Assembly (NCBI GenBank): GCA_963804165.1
Contig: CAWDPO010000003.1
Span: 192,001-256,000, forward strand
Length of the DNA: 64,000 nt
Origin: an uncultured delta proteobacterium
GTDB taxonomy: Bacteria > Desulfobacterota > Binatia > UBA9968
Direction: 5' to 3'
A model generated the notes under the pieces. That model did no database searches, was not told where the DNA came from, and worked only from the letters and a program-made list of their open reading frames with translations. Below, one piece after another: positions 32,956-41,961 of the stretch. Each line of letters starts with the position of its first letter. Positions within the stretch are counted from its first letter, which is position 1. Position numbers and translations under genes: made by a program.

Positions 32956-32977
32956 GTAGGGCACGACACGCCGTGCC
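32956..32977. repeat. GTAG-type REP half-site
   Basis: GTAGGGCACGACACGCCGTGCC; related hairpin GGGCGCGGCACGCCGTGCCCC at about 7246-7266. Confidence 0.6.
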
Positions 32978-33010
32978 ACGGTCGGGTGCACAGAGTAGGC
33001 AGCCTCTGAG

Positions 33011-33388
33011 GTGATTATGATCGCGTTCGATGTATTTCTTAACGGAAATAAAGTTTGCAGAGCCGGTGTCAGGGATCTCGGCGTCTTGACCACCGTGCTC
33101 ACCTGGGTAAGACGTGAAGGACGAAATACGGAAACCAGAGAACCGGGAATCATCGAAGAGGAACTTACGCTAAATGTCGGTGGCCTAATAAGTTCGAAGA
33201 ATGAGCACGTCCGCTGGTCCGATGATAAGCTAGCGGTTGGTGACGAGGTACGTGTTCGCGTAATCAATCTAGAATCGGTTGACCCTCCGCGCGATCGAAG
33301 AACGGAAGATCCGGCAGAAGATTTAAAACGTCAAGAGAAATATGTGGAGCAAATGGCCAAGCGTTTCGGCTGGACAATTCAAAAGTAG
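33011..33388 (+). CDS. Hypothetical protein (125 aa)
   Basis: Clean ORF with GAGG RBS, MIAFDVFLNGNKVCRAGV; no family recognised. Confidence 0.7.
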   Translation: MIMIAFDVFLNGNKVCRAGVRDLGVLTTVLTWVRREGRNTETREPGIIEEELTLNVGGLISSKNEHVRWSDDKLAVGDEVRVRVINLESVDPPRDRRTEDPAEDLKRQEKYVEQMAKRFGWTIQK

Positions 33389-33389
33389 C

Positions 33390-33477
33390 GTAGGATGGGT
33401 TGAGCGAAGCGATACCCATTGTCATTTCAACATGAACAAACGGTGGGTTCGTCGCGGTGCTCCTTAACCCACCCTAC
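33390..33477. repeat. REP doublet (REPIN-like)
   Basis: GTAGGATGGGTTGAGCGAAGCGATACCCAT ... inverted GGTGGGTT...AACCCACCCTAC. Confidence 0.8.
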
Positions 33478-33487
33478 GAATGCTCCG

Positions 33488-34615
33488 TCATCCCAGCGGC
33501 ACCTGCAAGTTATACAGCCGCGCAGCGTTCTCACCCAAGATTCGATTCTGAGTGTCGTTTGAAAATCCCGCGTTGCGGATGCGCGAGACGGTTTCGGGCC
33601 ATTTGCTGTCGCCATGCGGATAATCGGAGGCGTACATGATGCATTTGTTGCCGACGGTGTTGATCACGGCGGGTAGCATGATTTCCCCCGGCTCGCAGGA
33701 AACCACTAAGCGCCCTTCGGCGAAAAGCTCGCTCGGTTTGATGCGGCTCTTGGGCAGCTTGCGGTTTAACACTCCATCGTACATGCGCGGGTTCTTTTCG
33801 CCGCGCTCGTGCATCTCGTCCATTCTTTCGACCCAATAGGGGAGCCAGCCGCAACCGGTTTCGAGGAGGCCGAAGCGAATCTTTGGAAAAAGATCGACGA
33901 TCCCGCCACCGACGAGAGAAACCATCGCGGTAGTTAGCGTGAGGGGCATGGACACTGCTTTGGCGCCCCAGAAATGATCGAACAATTCCTGGCCGACGGT
34001 GGGATACATTCCCGTGACGGTGTGCACTCCGACGCCGACGTCGAGTTGTTCCACTGTTTCCCAGAATGGATAGAGCTCGGGATGATCGAGGGTGCGCGCG
34101 CCGATGGTTCCCGTGACCATGACGCCGACCGCGCCTTGGGACCTAACTGCGTGTTTCAATTCTTCCGCCGCCGACTTTGGATCTTGCAGAGCGACGATCG
34201 CAGCGAAGCGCAACCGTCCGCCGCTTTGGGCGCAGCGCTCGGAGATCCACGTGTTGTACGCGCGGGCGATTGCCGTGGCGAGTCCCCCGTGCTCGAGACT
34301 ATTTATCGACATCAAGACATTCGGATAGATCACCTGAAGATCGATGCCTTCGAGATCGAGATCGGCCAAGCGGCCGGGGACGTTGCTGAGATCGAGATCC
34401 TTGACCGAGAGCGTCGGAGTCGAATTGGCGATGCTACCCGGCGTGCCGGGGCCCCAGCCGAAGGGCTTGGTGACCAAGCGACCTTCGATCAAGTAAAAGC
34501 CGCGGCCGTCGTCGAAGGTGACGAAGCGGGGACGGTTCCGATAGAATTCTTTGTCCAGATAGTTGTCGAAAACTTCCTGAGGAATTTGTGTGTGCCCGTC
34601 GGCATCGATGATCAT
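33488..34615 (-). CDS. Amidohydrolase-2 family protein
   Basis: MIIDADGH, DLEGIDLQVIYP, RAYNTW, FPKIRFGLLETG, ASDYPHGD, ENAARLY. Confidence 0.92.
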   Translation of the reverse strand: MIIDADGHTQIPQEVFDNYLDKEFYRNRPRFVTFDDGRGFYLIEGRLVTKPFGWGPGTPGSIANSTPTLSVKDLDLSNVPGRLADLDLEGIDLQVIYPNVLMSINSLEHGGLATAIARAYNTWISERCAQSGGRLRFAAIVALQDPKSAAEELKHAVRSQGAVGVMVTGTIGARTLDHPELYPFWETVEQLDVGVGVHTVTGMYPTVGQELFDHFWGAKAVSMPLTLTTAMVSLVGGGIVDLFPKIRFGLLETGCGWLPYWVERMDEMHERGEKNPRMYDGVLNRKLPKSRIKPSELFAEGRLVVSCEPGEIMLPAVINTVGNKCIMYASDYPHGDSKWPETVSRIRNAGFSNDTQNRILGENAARLYNLQVPLG

Positions 34616-34635
34616 AAAACCTCCTCGGTTTCGTG

Positions 34636-35676
34636 TTAACGTTTCAGCTCCTGTTGCACCGCCCGAATCAGATTCCAGTCGACGAAATCCTTCGGCGCAA
34701 AAGTGGATTGGCTAATTTTCGCGTCCTGCTGCGCGCGTTTGATTGCCGCGTTGATAATTTCATCCGACCCTTCGCCCTTGAAATTGTAAGTGGCGATCGC
34801 CGCATCGTACGCTAATTGAGAGGTCTCTCGGTCGAGATTCCATTCTTTCTGGATCAACGCGACCGCAACGTTCGGATGATCCACCGCGTATTGAAGCCCG
34901 CGCACAAGAGCGCGCAGCATGCGGCGAATCTGATTGGGATTGTCGCGCAACTTCGCGCGGCGCGTTACTAGACCGTTTTCCACGAAGCCCGGAAGTATCT
35001 CCGGACCCGAGACCAGTCGATGGAAGCCTTTTTGAACCGCCATGGAATCGTAAGGCGGTGACAATGTGCTCGCCGCAACTGCGCCGGAGAAAAGCGCAGT
35101 CAATCCTTGCGTGACGTCGATGGTTGAAATCAACTTCACGTCCTTGTCCGCATCCAGCCCCAGGTACTTCACCATCGCCACCGTCGCGTGATAATGGCTG
35201 CCGCGGGAGCCGCCATGACCGATAATACCGCCACGAAGACCTTTCGCATCTTTGATGTCCCGTCTGCTGACTAGATACAGGAGCGACTTGTCGGTCGATA
35301 CATATAGGGCAACCAGGGACGCGCCGCCGACTGCTGCGCCCAATCCGGAGTTAAAGGCCGTGATGTAATCGAGATCGCCTGAGACCAGAGCCGCGATGGC
35401 CGTGCTCGTCTTGGTCGTAATCGGCTTGAAATCAAAGCCTTCGCTCTCGAAAATCCCATGGCGCTGAGCGAGATAGATCGGCAGATTGAGCACATGCTTG
35501 GCCGATAGACCGAGAGTGACGGGTTCAAGCTTGCGCGTGGGACCGGGTTTTTCTTGAGCCAGGATGTGAGACGATTGCAGCAGCAAGAATAAAGAGGCGC
35601 AAAGGACGAAAGAGATTGTTGTTGGGTACGGCAGATGGCTTGGCGCGGCCCCAAAACATTTCATGCTTCGGATCAT
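34636..35676 (-). CDS. ABC substrate-binding protein, SsuA/NMT1-like
   Basis: LPIYLAQRHGIFESEG, AALVSGDLDY, GLDADKDV, SPPY. Confidence 0.85.
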   Translation of the reverse strand: MIRSMKCFGAAPSHLPYPTTISFVLCASLFLLLQSSHILAQEKPGPTRKLEPVTLGLSAKHVLNLPIYLAQRHGIFESEGFDFKPITTKTSTAIAALVSGDLDYITAFNSGLGAAVGGASLVALYVSTDKSLLYLVSRRDIKDAKGLRGGIIGHGGSRGSHYHATVAMVKYLGLDADKDVKLISTIDVTQGLTALFSGAVAASTLSPPYDSMAVQKGFHRLVSGPEILPGFVENGLVTRRAKLRDNPNQIRRMLRALVRGLQYAVDHPNVAVALIQKEWNLDRETSQLAYDAAIATYNFKGEGSDEIINAAIKRAQQDAKISQSTFAPKDFVDWNLIRAVQQELKR

Positions 35677-35715
35677 AGTTCCGACTCCGGTCGATGCGCA
35701 AGAGTGTGTTCCTTG

Positions 35716-35743
35716 TTGACTACTTGAGTTACACGGTTATGAT
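35716..35743 (+). promoter_or_regulatory. Sigma70-like promoter
   Basis: TTGACT-N16-TATGAT about 30 nt upstream of the 35773 gene. Confidence 0.5.
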
Positions 35744-35772
35744 TCGTCGAATAATTCGATTGGAGCCAAATT

Positions 35773-36732
35773 TTGAAAAGTATTCTTTATAGCTTGTTGA
35801 TTTGGTCGGTGCTAGCCACCTACGCCGAAGCGCGCAAGGTGACCGTCGGTGTGCCCGTGCTCGATGTTACCCAAAGCGCTTTGTACGTCGCCCGCGATCG
35901 CGGCTACTTTCAGAAGGAAGGTTTGGACGTCGAACTCATTCTCATGCGAGGCGGTGTGGCAAACCAAGCGCTAATTGCGGGTAACGTCGAATTCACCACA
36001 GTCCCTACGGCCGGGCTCCAGGCGGCGCTGCAAGGCGCGCCACTCAAGGTCGTGCTCAGCACGTTTCATAAGCCGATGTTCTGGCTGTACTCGCGGCCGG
36101 AAATCCGCAACGTCAAGGACTTGCATAGCAAGAAAGTCGCGGTATCGAGTCTCGGAGCGGCAGGGGATTCCGCCTTGCGCGAGCTGATCAAGAAAAACGG
36201 CATGGATGAAAACCGCGACGTGGCGATTCTCGCCATTGGCACCACGGCGACACGATTGGGCGCGCTCACCAGCGGCGTGGTGGACGCGGCAATGATGACA
36301 TTTCCCCATAATATCACTGCCGCCGATTCGGGTTTTCGCGAGCTGGTATCGTTCATCGCATCGGACATCATTCAGCTTCAGGGAGCCATCGTGACCCGCG
36401 AAGGATTGCTCGGCTCCGAGCCCGGAGTCGTAGAAAAATTTCTCCGCGCGACGATCAAGGGAATCATCTACTATTCGACTAATCGGAGCGGCGCCATCCC
36501 GATTCTTGCGCGAAACACGCAATCGCAAGAGACCCTCGCTGCTAAAGTCTACGACCTGGTCAAGCCGGCGCTGACGCCGGAAGGAATTTTAAACGACGAT
36601 TTGCAAAAACGCGTCATGGCGCCGCTGCTCGATCGCATCAACAAACGCGACGTCGCTTCAAGCAGATTCTTCGACTTTACACTTGCCCGCAAGTTGAATA
36701 GCGAGATCAAAGCGGAAGGGTGGAAACCCTAA
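35773..36732 (+). CDS. ABC substrate-binding protein, SsuA/NMT1-like
   Basis: Signal peptide, YVARDRGYFQKEGLDVEL, ALIAGNVEF, KKVAVSSLG. Confidence 0.88.
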   Translation: MKSILYSLLIWSVLATYAEARKVTVGVPVLDVTQSALYVARDRGYFQKEGLDVELILMRGGVANQALIAGNVEFTTVPTAGLQAALQGAPLKVVLSTFHKPMFWLYSRPEIRNVKDLHSKKVAVSSLGAAGDSALRELIKKNGMDENRDVAILAIGTTATRLGALTSGVVDAAMMTFPHNITAADSGFRELVSFIASDIIQLQGAIVTREGLLGSEPGVVEKFLRATIKGIIYYSTNRSGAIPILARNTQSQETLAAKVYDLVKPALTPEGILNDDLQKRVMAPLLDRINKRDVASSRFFDFTLARKLNSEIKAEGWKP

Positions 36733-36831
36733 ATTTAAAGTTCCAATCGTTCAAACCGTCCGAGGAACGGATTTCTGCCGGAGTTGGAGACACAGGGGTG
36801 AGCGGCTCCGCGATGCGAGCGGCGCTCAAAA

Positions 36832-36862
36832 TGTCATTCTGAGGCGGAGCCGAAGAATCTGC
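36832..36862. repeat. TGTCATTCTGAG-type REP half copy
   Basis: TGTCATTCTGAGGCGGAGCCGAAGAATCTG. Confidence 0.7.
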
Positions 36863-36917
36863 TTTCGTAATCTCTTTGAATCGTGGTGCTTCGCCAGGCC
36901 GAGCCGTGCTACCAAGC

Positions 36918-38198
36918 TCACCGAATCGCCGCGAGTTTGTTCTTCCAGTGAGTCTGCCAATCGGTCCCATCTGTGATGACTTCCGAAATCACCATCAGAT
37001 CGGGAAAGCTATTTTTTTCTTGACTTCGAATCACGTGCAGCGCTTCGCCTCCTGCCTCGACCTCGCGAATTGCCCGCAACACTTGACGGCGCGCGGCGAT
37101 GATCGCTCGGTCGCTCGGCCCGAGGAATTCACGCGTGCGATCGACGATCGGTCCGCTGCCCTCAACGATGGCGGTGTCCTGCACGTTGAAGATGCGTCCC
37201 ATACCTGAAAAGCTCCACGTCTTCATCGACTCGCGATCCTGCAGGTAGCGGTTCGCCTTGTTGCGTGTGGGCCGGTAGTCCTGCCCTAACTCGTCGAGGA
37301 TTTCCTGGTTTCTTTGAATGTCTTTTTCTTCCATCGGCGCGCTCCGTCGAAAGACGATATCGTAACGCCAGTGGTGCGTGTCGTCGATCGGCACATGCCA
37401 ATAAAGATTATAGCCGTCGCCTGACATGGGACCGGGGATGGTGGCTTTGTTGGGGATGATGAAATTCGTCACACGGAAGAAAGTCCGATTCTTCTCGGTA
37501 GTGCGCGTCGAAAGGATGCGTACGCCGTAGTCGGTCTCTTCAGCGTCGATGTGCGGCGCCATGTCGGCTTCGTAGAGCGCGAGGGGGAGTTTGCCGTCGC
37601 TGCCTTTGACGGGTCGTTTCAAGTTCTCTGGCACATTGGCTTGGCGGTGCAGGTAAGAGACGTGACTGGGATCGAGGTTGCCTTCGTTGGCCTGAAAGTA
37701 GTTGCACTCGTGGAAGATTTTAGTCACGAGCACATGGCCGGGTGGCGCGAGAAACGGTTCGTACGCCGGAAAGAGCGGCGGCTCGCCCGGTCCCATGTAC
37801 GCGAAGATAGTCCCCGCCCGTTCTTCGCATGGATATGCCGGGTGATGAACTTTCTCGCAAAACCTTTTTTCTGGAGGTTCGCACGGCTGTTCGAGGCAGT
37901 TGCCGTGCCGATCATAAAGCCAGCCGTGATAAAGACATCGTAAGCCGCCGTTCTCCACGCGCCCATAACTCAGGTCAGCGCGGCGGTGCGAGCAGTGCAG
38001 TCCAATCAATCCGAGTTGACCCTGATCGTCGCGAAACAGAACCAGATCCTCGTCCATGATTTTGATCGGTAGCGGCGCGCCGTTCCCGGGCAGCTCTTCC
38101 GCGAGCGCAACGGGTTGCCAGTATTGACGCAGTAAATTTCCGCCTGGCGTGCCCGGTCCGGTCCGGGTTATTAGATCGTTTTCTTCTTGTGAGAGCAT
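36918..38198 (-). CDS. Rieske non-heme iron oxygenase alpha subunit (phthalate 4,5-dioxygenase/LigX-like)
   Basis: MLSQEENDLITRTGPGTP, CSHR...CLYHGW Rieske motif, EGNLDPSHVSYLH iron site. Confidence 0.92.
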   Translation of the reverse strand: MLSQEENDLITRTGPGTPGGNLLRQYWQPVALAEELPGNGAPLPIKIMDEDLVLFRDDQGQLGLIGLHCSHRRADLSYGRVENGGLRCLYHGWLYDRHGNCLEQPCEPPEKRFCEKVHHPAYPCEERAGTIFAYMGPGEPPLFPAYEPFLAPPGHVLVTKIFHECNYFQANEGNLDPSHVSYLHRQANVPENLKRPVKGSDGKLPLALYEADMAPHIDAEETDYGVRILSTRTTEKNRTFFRVTNFIIPNKATIPGPMSGDGYNLYWHVPIDDTHHWRYDIVFRRSAPMEEKDIQRNQEILDELGQDYRPTRNKANRYLQDRESMKTWSFSGMGRIFNVQDTAIVEGSGPIVDRTREFLGPSDRAIIAARRQVLRAIREVEAGGEALHVIRSQEKNSFPDLMVISEVITDGTDWQTHWKNKLAAIR

Positions 38199-38202
38199 CG
38201 CG

Positions 38203-38237
38203 GAATTTTGGATTTTAGATTTTCGATTTTGGATTGC
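38203..38237. repeat. 7-nt tandem repeat
   Basis: GAATTTT GGATTTT AGATTTT CGATTTT GGATTGC immediately upstream of the Rieske start codon. Confidence 0.75.
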
Positions 38238-38410
38238 AGCTTATTTTTAGCACTGATAGTCCGAATTCAGCAACCCAGGTGGCTTACTTGTCGTGATTGA
38301 CTTCTTGCATGAGCATTTCTTTTGTCCATTCCAACCTTGACCTGGGTCGAGGGGCTGTGTTTATCTAACCACACTTAGTTATTAGAGCGAAATTCTTTTG
38401 GAGGTAGATC

Positions 38411-39136
38411 ATGCCGAGCTCCTGGCAAAGCGGGAACGTTGATGGCAGCAATATGCCGCTCTATCTGAGTGTCCCGGAAAGCGGAGGGCCAGTGCCGGGC
38501 ATCGTCGTGGTTCACGGACAATCGGGACTGGAAAATTTCATCAAAGACGCGACGCACATGCTGGCACTTCAAGGTTACGCCGCGGTGGCGCCCAACCTTT
38601 ATCACCGCGATGGTGCTGACTGCAAAGACGACAATCCGACACGCAAAGCGCGCTTGCGCGATCCGTCGATCATCAAGGATATTGAAGGCGCGATCGGCTT
38701 CTTAAAGAACCATTCCAGAGTCGACAGGGGAAAGCTAGGCATCGTCGGTTTTTGCATGGGCGGGCGGCTGGTTTATCTCATGTCCGCTGCGAGCAAAGAT
38801 TTGAAAGCCGGCGTGATGTTCTACGGCAGCGGCACGATGGTGCCGTTCGGTGAAGGTCCCACGCCGTTCGACCGCACAAGCGAGATTCACTGCCCGATCC
38901 AGGGGCATTTCGGCGCGGAAGACAAGAATCCGTCGCCGGAAGATATGCGCAAGCTCGACGCGGAGCTTACGAAATTCGGTAAAATTCACGAGTTCCATTC
39001 CTATGGCGGCGCGGCACACGCTTTTGTGAATACGGGTTCATCGAACTACCGGCCGCATGCAGCGGCTTTGTCCTGGCCGAAGGCGATGGAGTTTTTTAGC
39101 CGGCATCTAATAAATCCTGGTGCAGGATCTCGTTAG
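38411..39136 (+). CDS. Dienelactone hydrolase family protein
   Basis: GFCMGG nucleophile, FGAED, YGGAAHAF. Confidence 0.92.
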   Translation: MPSSWQSGNVDGSNMPLYLSVPESGGPVPGIVVVHGQSGLENFIKDATHMLALQGYAAVAPNLYHRDGADCKDDNPTRKARLRDPSIIKDIEGAIGFLKNHSRVDRGKLGIVGFCMGGRLVYLMSAASKDLKAGVMFYGSGTMVPFGEGPTPFDRTSEIHCPIQGHFGAEDKNPSPEDMRKLDAELTKFGKIHEFHSYGGAAHAFVNTGSSNYRPHAAALSWPKAMEFFSRHLINPGAGSR

Positions 39137-39233
39137 CGTCCTGTGTTTGAGATATCTCAAGCAATCCGGCAGCGACCTATGGCAATACGCCATTCCCTTG
39201 ACGCGCCGTGTTTCTGAGCTGAAATTGCCACAC

Positions 39234-40295
39234 ATGCGCTACGGAATATTCAATCTGCCGTCATTAAGTGCGGCGGATCGAGCCAATGGAGCTGATCGTC
39301 TGCACACGATGGTCGAGCAGGCGACGTACGGAGAAGAATTGGGCTTCGATTCGGTCTGGCTTGCCGAACATCATTTCCACTCTTTTGGCGGTACGCTATC
39401 AAGTCCTCCAGTGATCGGCGCGGCAATTGCGCAGCGAACCAGGAAAATTCGTATCGGCACCGCCGTAACTCTGCTGCCGTATCATAATCCGCTGCGGCTC
39501 GCCGAGGATTACGCGACGCTCGATTGCTTGAGCCGCGGGCCGCCTCGAGTTCGGCATCGGTCACGGCTTTATAAAATGGGAGTCGCTCACTTTCGGAACG
39601 CCGCTCGAGGAGCTGCGCGAGCGCTTCAAAGAAAATTTAGAAATCATTCTCAGAGCGTGGAACGAGCCTAAGTTCAGCCATAAGGGTCGTTTTTACCAGT
39701 ACGAAAATGTTGAGCTCTTGCCGCGGCCGGTGCAGCAACCCTATCCCAGCGTCTGGATGGGAGCGACGTCGACCATTAGAGTCGTTTGAGTTTGCCGGTC
39801 GCAGCGGTTTTCATTTGATGCTCATTCCCTTTCTGCACGAGATCGACGAGTTAGGTACAATGGTCGAAGCTTACATAGAAGGCTCGGCAGGCGGCAGGGC
39901 ATGATCCCGCGACTGCGCGTGTGATCGCGATGTATCACATCTACGTCGGCGAGAATTCCGCGGAAGCGCGCGCCACCGCCGAGCCGGCGTTGGCGGCTTA
40001 TCACGCGGCAGCGGCAGAAGCGCGCAATCTAACTCAAGGCATACCCGAGCCGGAATCTTACCGCACTCATGACGAACATCGCGCCAAGATGCGCAAGCTC
40101 ACCTTTAACGATTTAGTTGATCAGAACCGCGTGCTCGTTGGAGATGCAGCGGCGGTGCGCGAAAAAGTCGCGCATGTGCGCGAGCGTCTACACCTGACGG
40201 ACCTGGCGGGAAACTTTGCCCTGGGAAGCCTGTCCGACCCCCTCACCCGCGCCACGCTAAAGCGCTTTATGGAACAAGTTGCGCCTAAGACTTGA
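39234..40295 (+). CDS. LLM-class flavin-dependent oxidoreductase (frameshifted)
   Basis: EELGFDSVWLAEHHF, IRIGTAVTLLPYHNPLRLAEDYATLD.LSRG. Confidence 0.88.
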
Positions 40296-40607
40296 GTTTA
40301 GTGCGGCTCAAAAATTTTTGTCGGGACATGTTCGCGATTTTACCGCTGGCAAGGTGGTACGGTCCAATGCCTAGTCCCACACGGTACAAAGCAACCCCTT
40401 CCTACCGATACAGCTCCGAGGAGATCACGAGAGCTAAAGATCGATCACGTCAACTTTGATATTTAGTACGAGTGGCAGTTGGCGCACTTCCTCTCAAATA
40501 CCTAAATGTTAAGCGGCTCCATCTAGTGACTGCACTCTCCGAAGGCCATTCATAAAGGCCGCCCACCGCCTGATCGGACCATAACAGCCCGTCTCTCTCG
40601 AATCACC

Positions 40608-40643
40608 GTAGAAATTTCACTACTGGGGTAGAGAAAAAACTAC
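40608..40643. promoter_or_regulatory. Tandem palindromic boxes GTAG-N8-CTAC (candidate enhancer/UAS)
   Basis: GTAGAAATTTCACTAC (40608-40623) and GTAGAGAAAAAACTAC (40628-40643), 20-bp period. Confidence 0.55.
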
Positions 40644-40742
40644 CTTTTGTTTGTTTACTTGCTTGTATTGAGGTTCCTCGGTCGTAGAGATTTTTCCGTT
40701 CACTTAACGCTTTACGCTCGTTGAGTCTCGTACCCCCGATTC

Positions 40743-40758
40743 TGGCACACCGCTTGAT
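40743..40758 (+). promoter_or_regulatory. Candidate sigma54 (-24/-12) promoter
   Basis: TGGCAC-N5-TTGAT versus consensus TGGCAC-N5-TTGCW, about 70 nt upstream of the rhodanese gene. Confidence 0.55.
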
Positions 40759-40826
40759 TACTCAAACTGAGGCATATTTCGAGGTAAAGGAAAAACGGAC
40801 CCATAATCGATCAAGGAGGACCAAAG

Positions 40827-41600
40827 ATGAGAACCAAGCTTTCCCAAACAGTACTTGTTCTGGTGCTGAGCGTATTCGTGACTCGCGCCAATGCCGAGTC
40901 GCCTGCGATCTACGAAACCACTTTGATGGAATCCGGCCAAAAGACCCCGGAAGTGTCCACCAACGAGCTCCGTAAGACTCTTGCAGAGAAGAGTGCAACG
41001 GTTTTCGATGCTCGTCCGTTCATGGAATATGCCGTTAGCCATATTCCAGGCGCAGTCAACGTCTCTGCAAAGCAGGGAGTGCCGATATCTCAGTACGTGT
41101 CTGACGTCGCGGAGGTTAGGCGCCTCGTTGGAAACAACAAAGCCGCGCCTATAGTGCTCTACTGCAACGGAGCCTTTTGCGGCAAAAGCAAACGACTCTC
41201 GGAGGAATTGTTGGAGGCAGGCTACACGAACGTTCGGCGATATCAGCTGGGCATTCCCGTGTGGCGTGCGCTCGTCGGTGTTACCGAAATCCAGCTTGCG
41301 GGCCTGCTCTATGTCTTCAAGGATGACAAGACCGCGGTCTTTTTTGACGCTCGCAGCCCAGAGGAGTTTAAGGCCGGGACCATTTCGGGAGCGAAAAGCC
41401 TTCAACTCGCCGATGTAAAGAAGGCGAAGGACGATGGCCGCTTGCCAATGGAGGACCACAACACGCGCATTATCGTGTTTGGCAGGGATGGCACTCAAGC
41501 CCGTGCAGTGACCGAGGCCATCGCCAAGGAAGCGTTTCACAACGTCTCCTTCTTCGGAGGCACCTTCAGTGAGCTGTGGCCGAAGGTGGCCAGCAAATAA
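40827..41600 (+). CDS. Exported tandem rhodanese-domain protein
   Basis: Signal peptide, DARP..EY..SHIPGA, VLYCNGAFCGKS; second domain DARS.EEF..GTISGA lacks the active-site Cys. Confidence 0.88.
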   Translation: MRTKLSQTVLVLVLSVFVTRANAESPAIYETTLMESGQKTPEVSTNELRKTLAEKSATVFDARPFMEYAVSHIPGAVNVSAKQGVPISQYVSDVAEVRRLVGNNKAAPIVLYCNGAFCGKSKRLSEELLEAGYTNVRRYQLGIPVWRALVGVTEIQLAGLLYVFKDDKTAVFFDARSPEEFKAGTISGAKSLQLADVKKAKDDGRLPMEDHNTRIIVFGRDGTQARAVTEAIAKEAFHNVSFFGGTFSELWPKVASK

Positions 41601-41638
41601 GGACTTCACAAAATACCGCCGGAACGGAGGTGAGAAAA

Positions 41639-41869
41639 ATGAAATGGATGAAGCTGGTGCTACCAGTTCTATTTGTGGCCGCGACTTTAGGACTTAGCGC
41701 CACACCTTACGTGCAGGCATGTTCAGTGGAGGAAGAGGAGGAGACGCAGACAAGGTTCGAGAGCGATGCCGCTCGGCTTACTCCAGAACAGATGGAGGCT
41801 TTAGAAGAACGCGACGATCACTTGCCCGCCATCCCTAGCAAGCCGTACGTCCGTGATCTTGTGTCATAG
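41639..41869 (+). CDS. Small secreted acidic hypothetical protein (76 aa)
   Basis: GGAGG RBS; MKWMKLVLPVLFVAATLGLSA signal-like N-terminus; CSVEEEEE. Confidence 0.6.
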   Translation: MKWMKLVLPVLFVAATLGLSATPYVQACSVEEEEETQTRFESDAARLTPEQMEALEERDDHLPAIPSKPYVRDLVS

Positions 41870-41961
41870 AGTTGGTCTGCGATTTCTCGAGGCGCTTGCG
41901 CCAAGGTCTGAGCTAAACAATATTCATCTGGCCCAAAGGAAATCAAAGAAGGAGAACAGAC

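Noticed and set aside
40301-40315. GCGGCTCA match to the bridge-RNA left target guide near the accessory block edge
   Set aside because: The right half (AAAA versus GAAT) does not match, and an 8-mer is expected by chance in 64 kb
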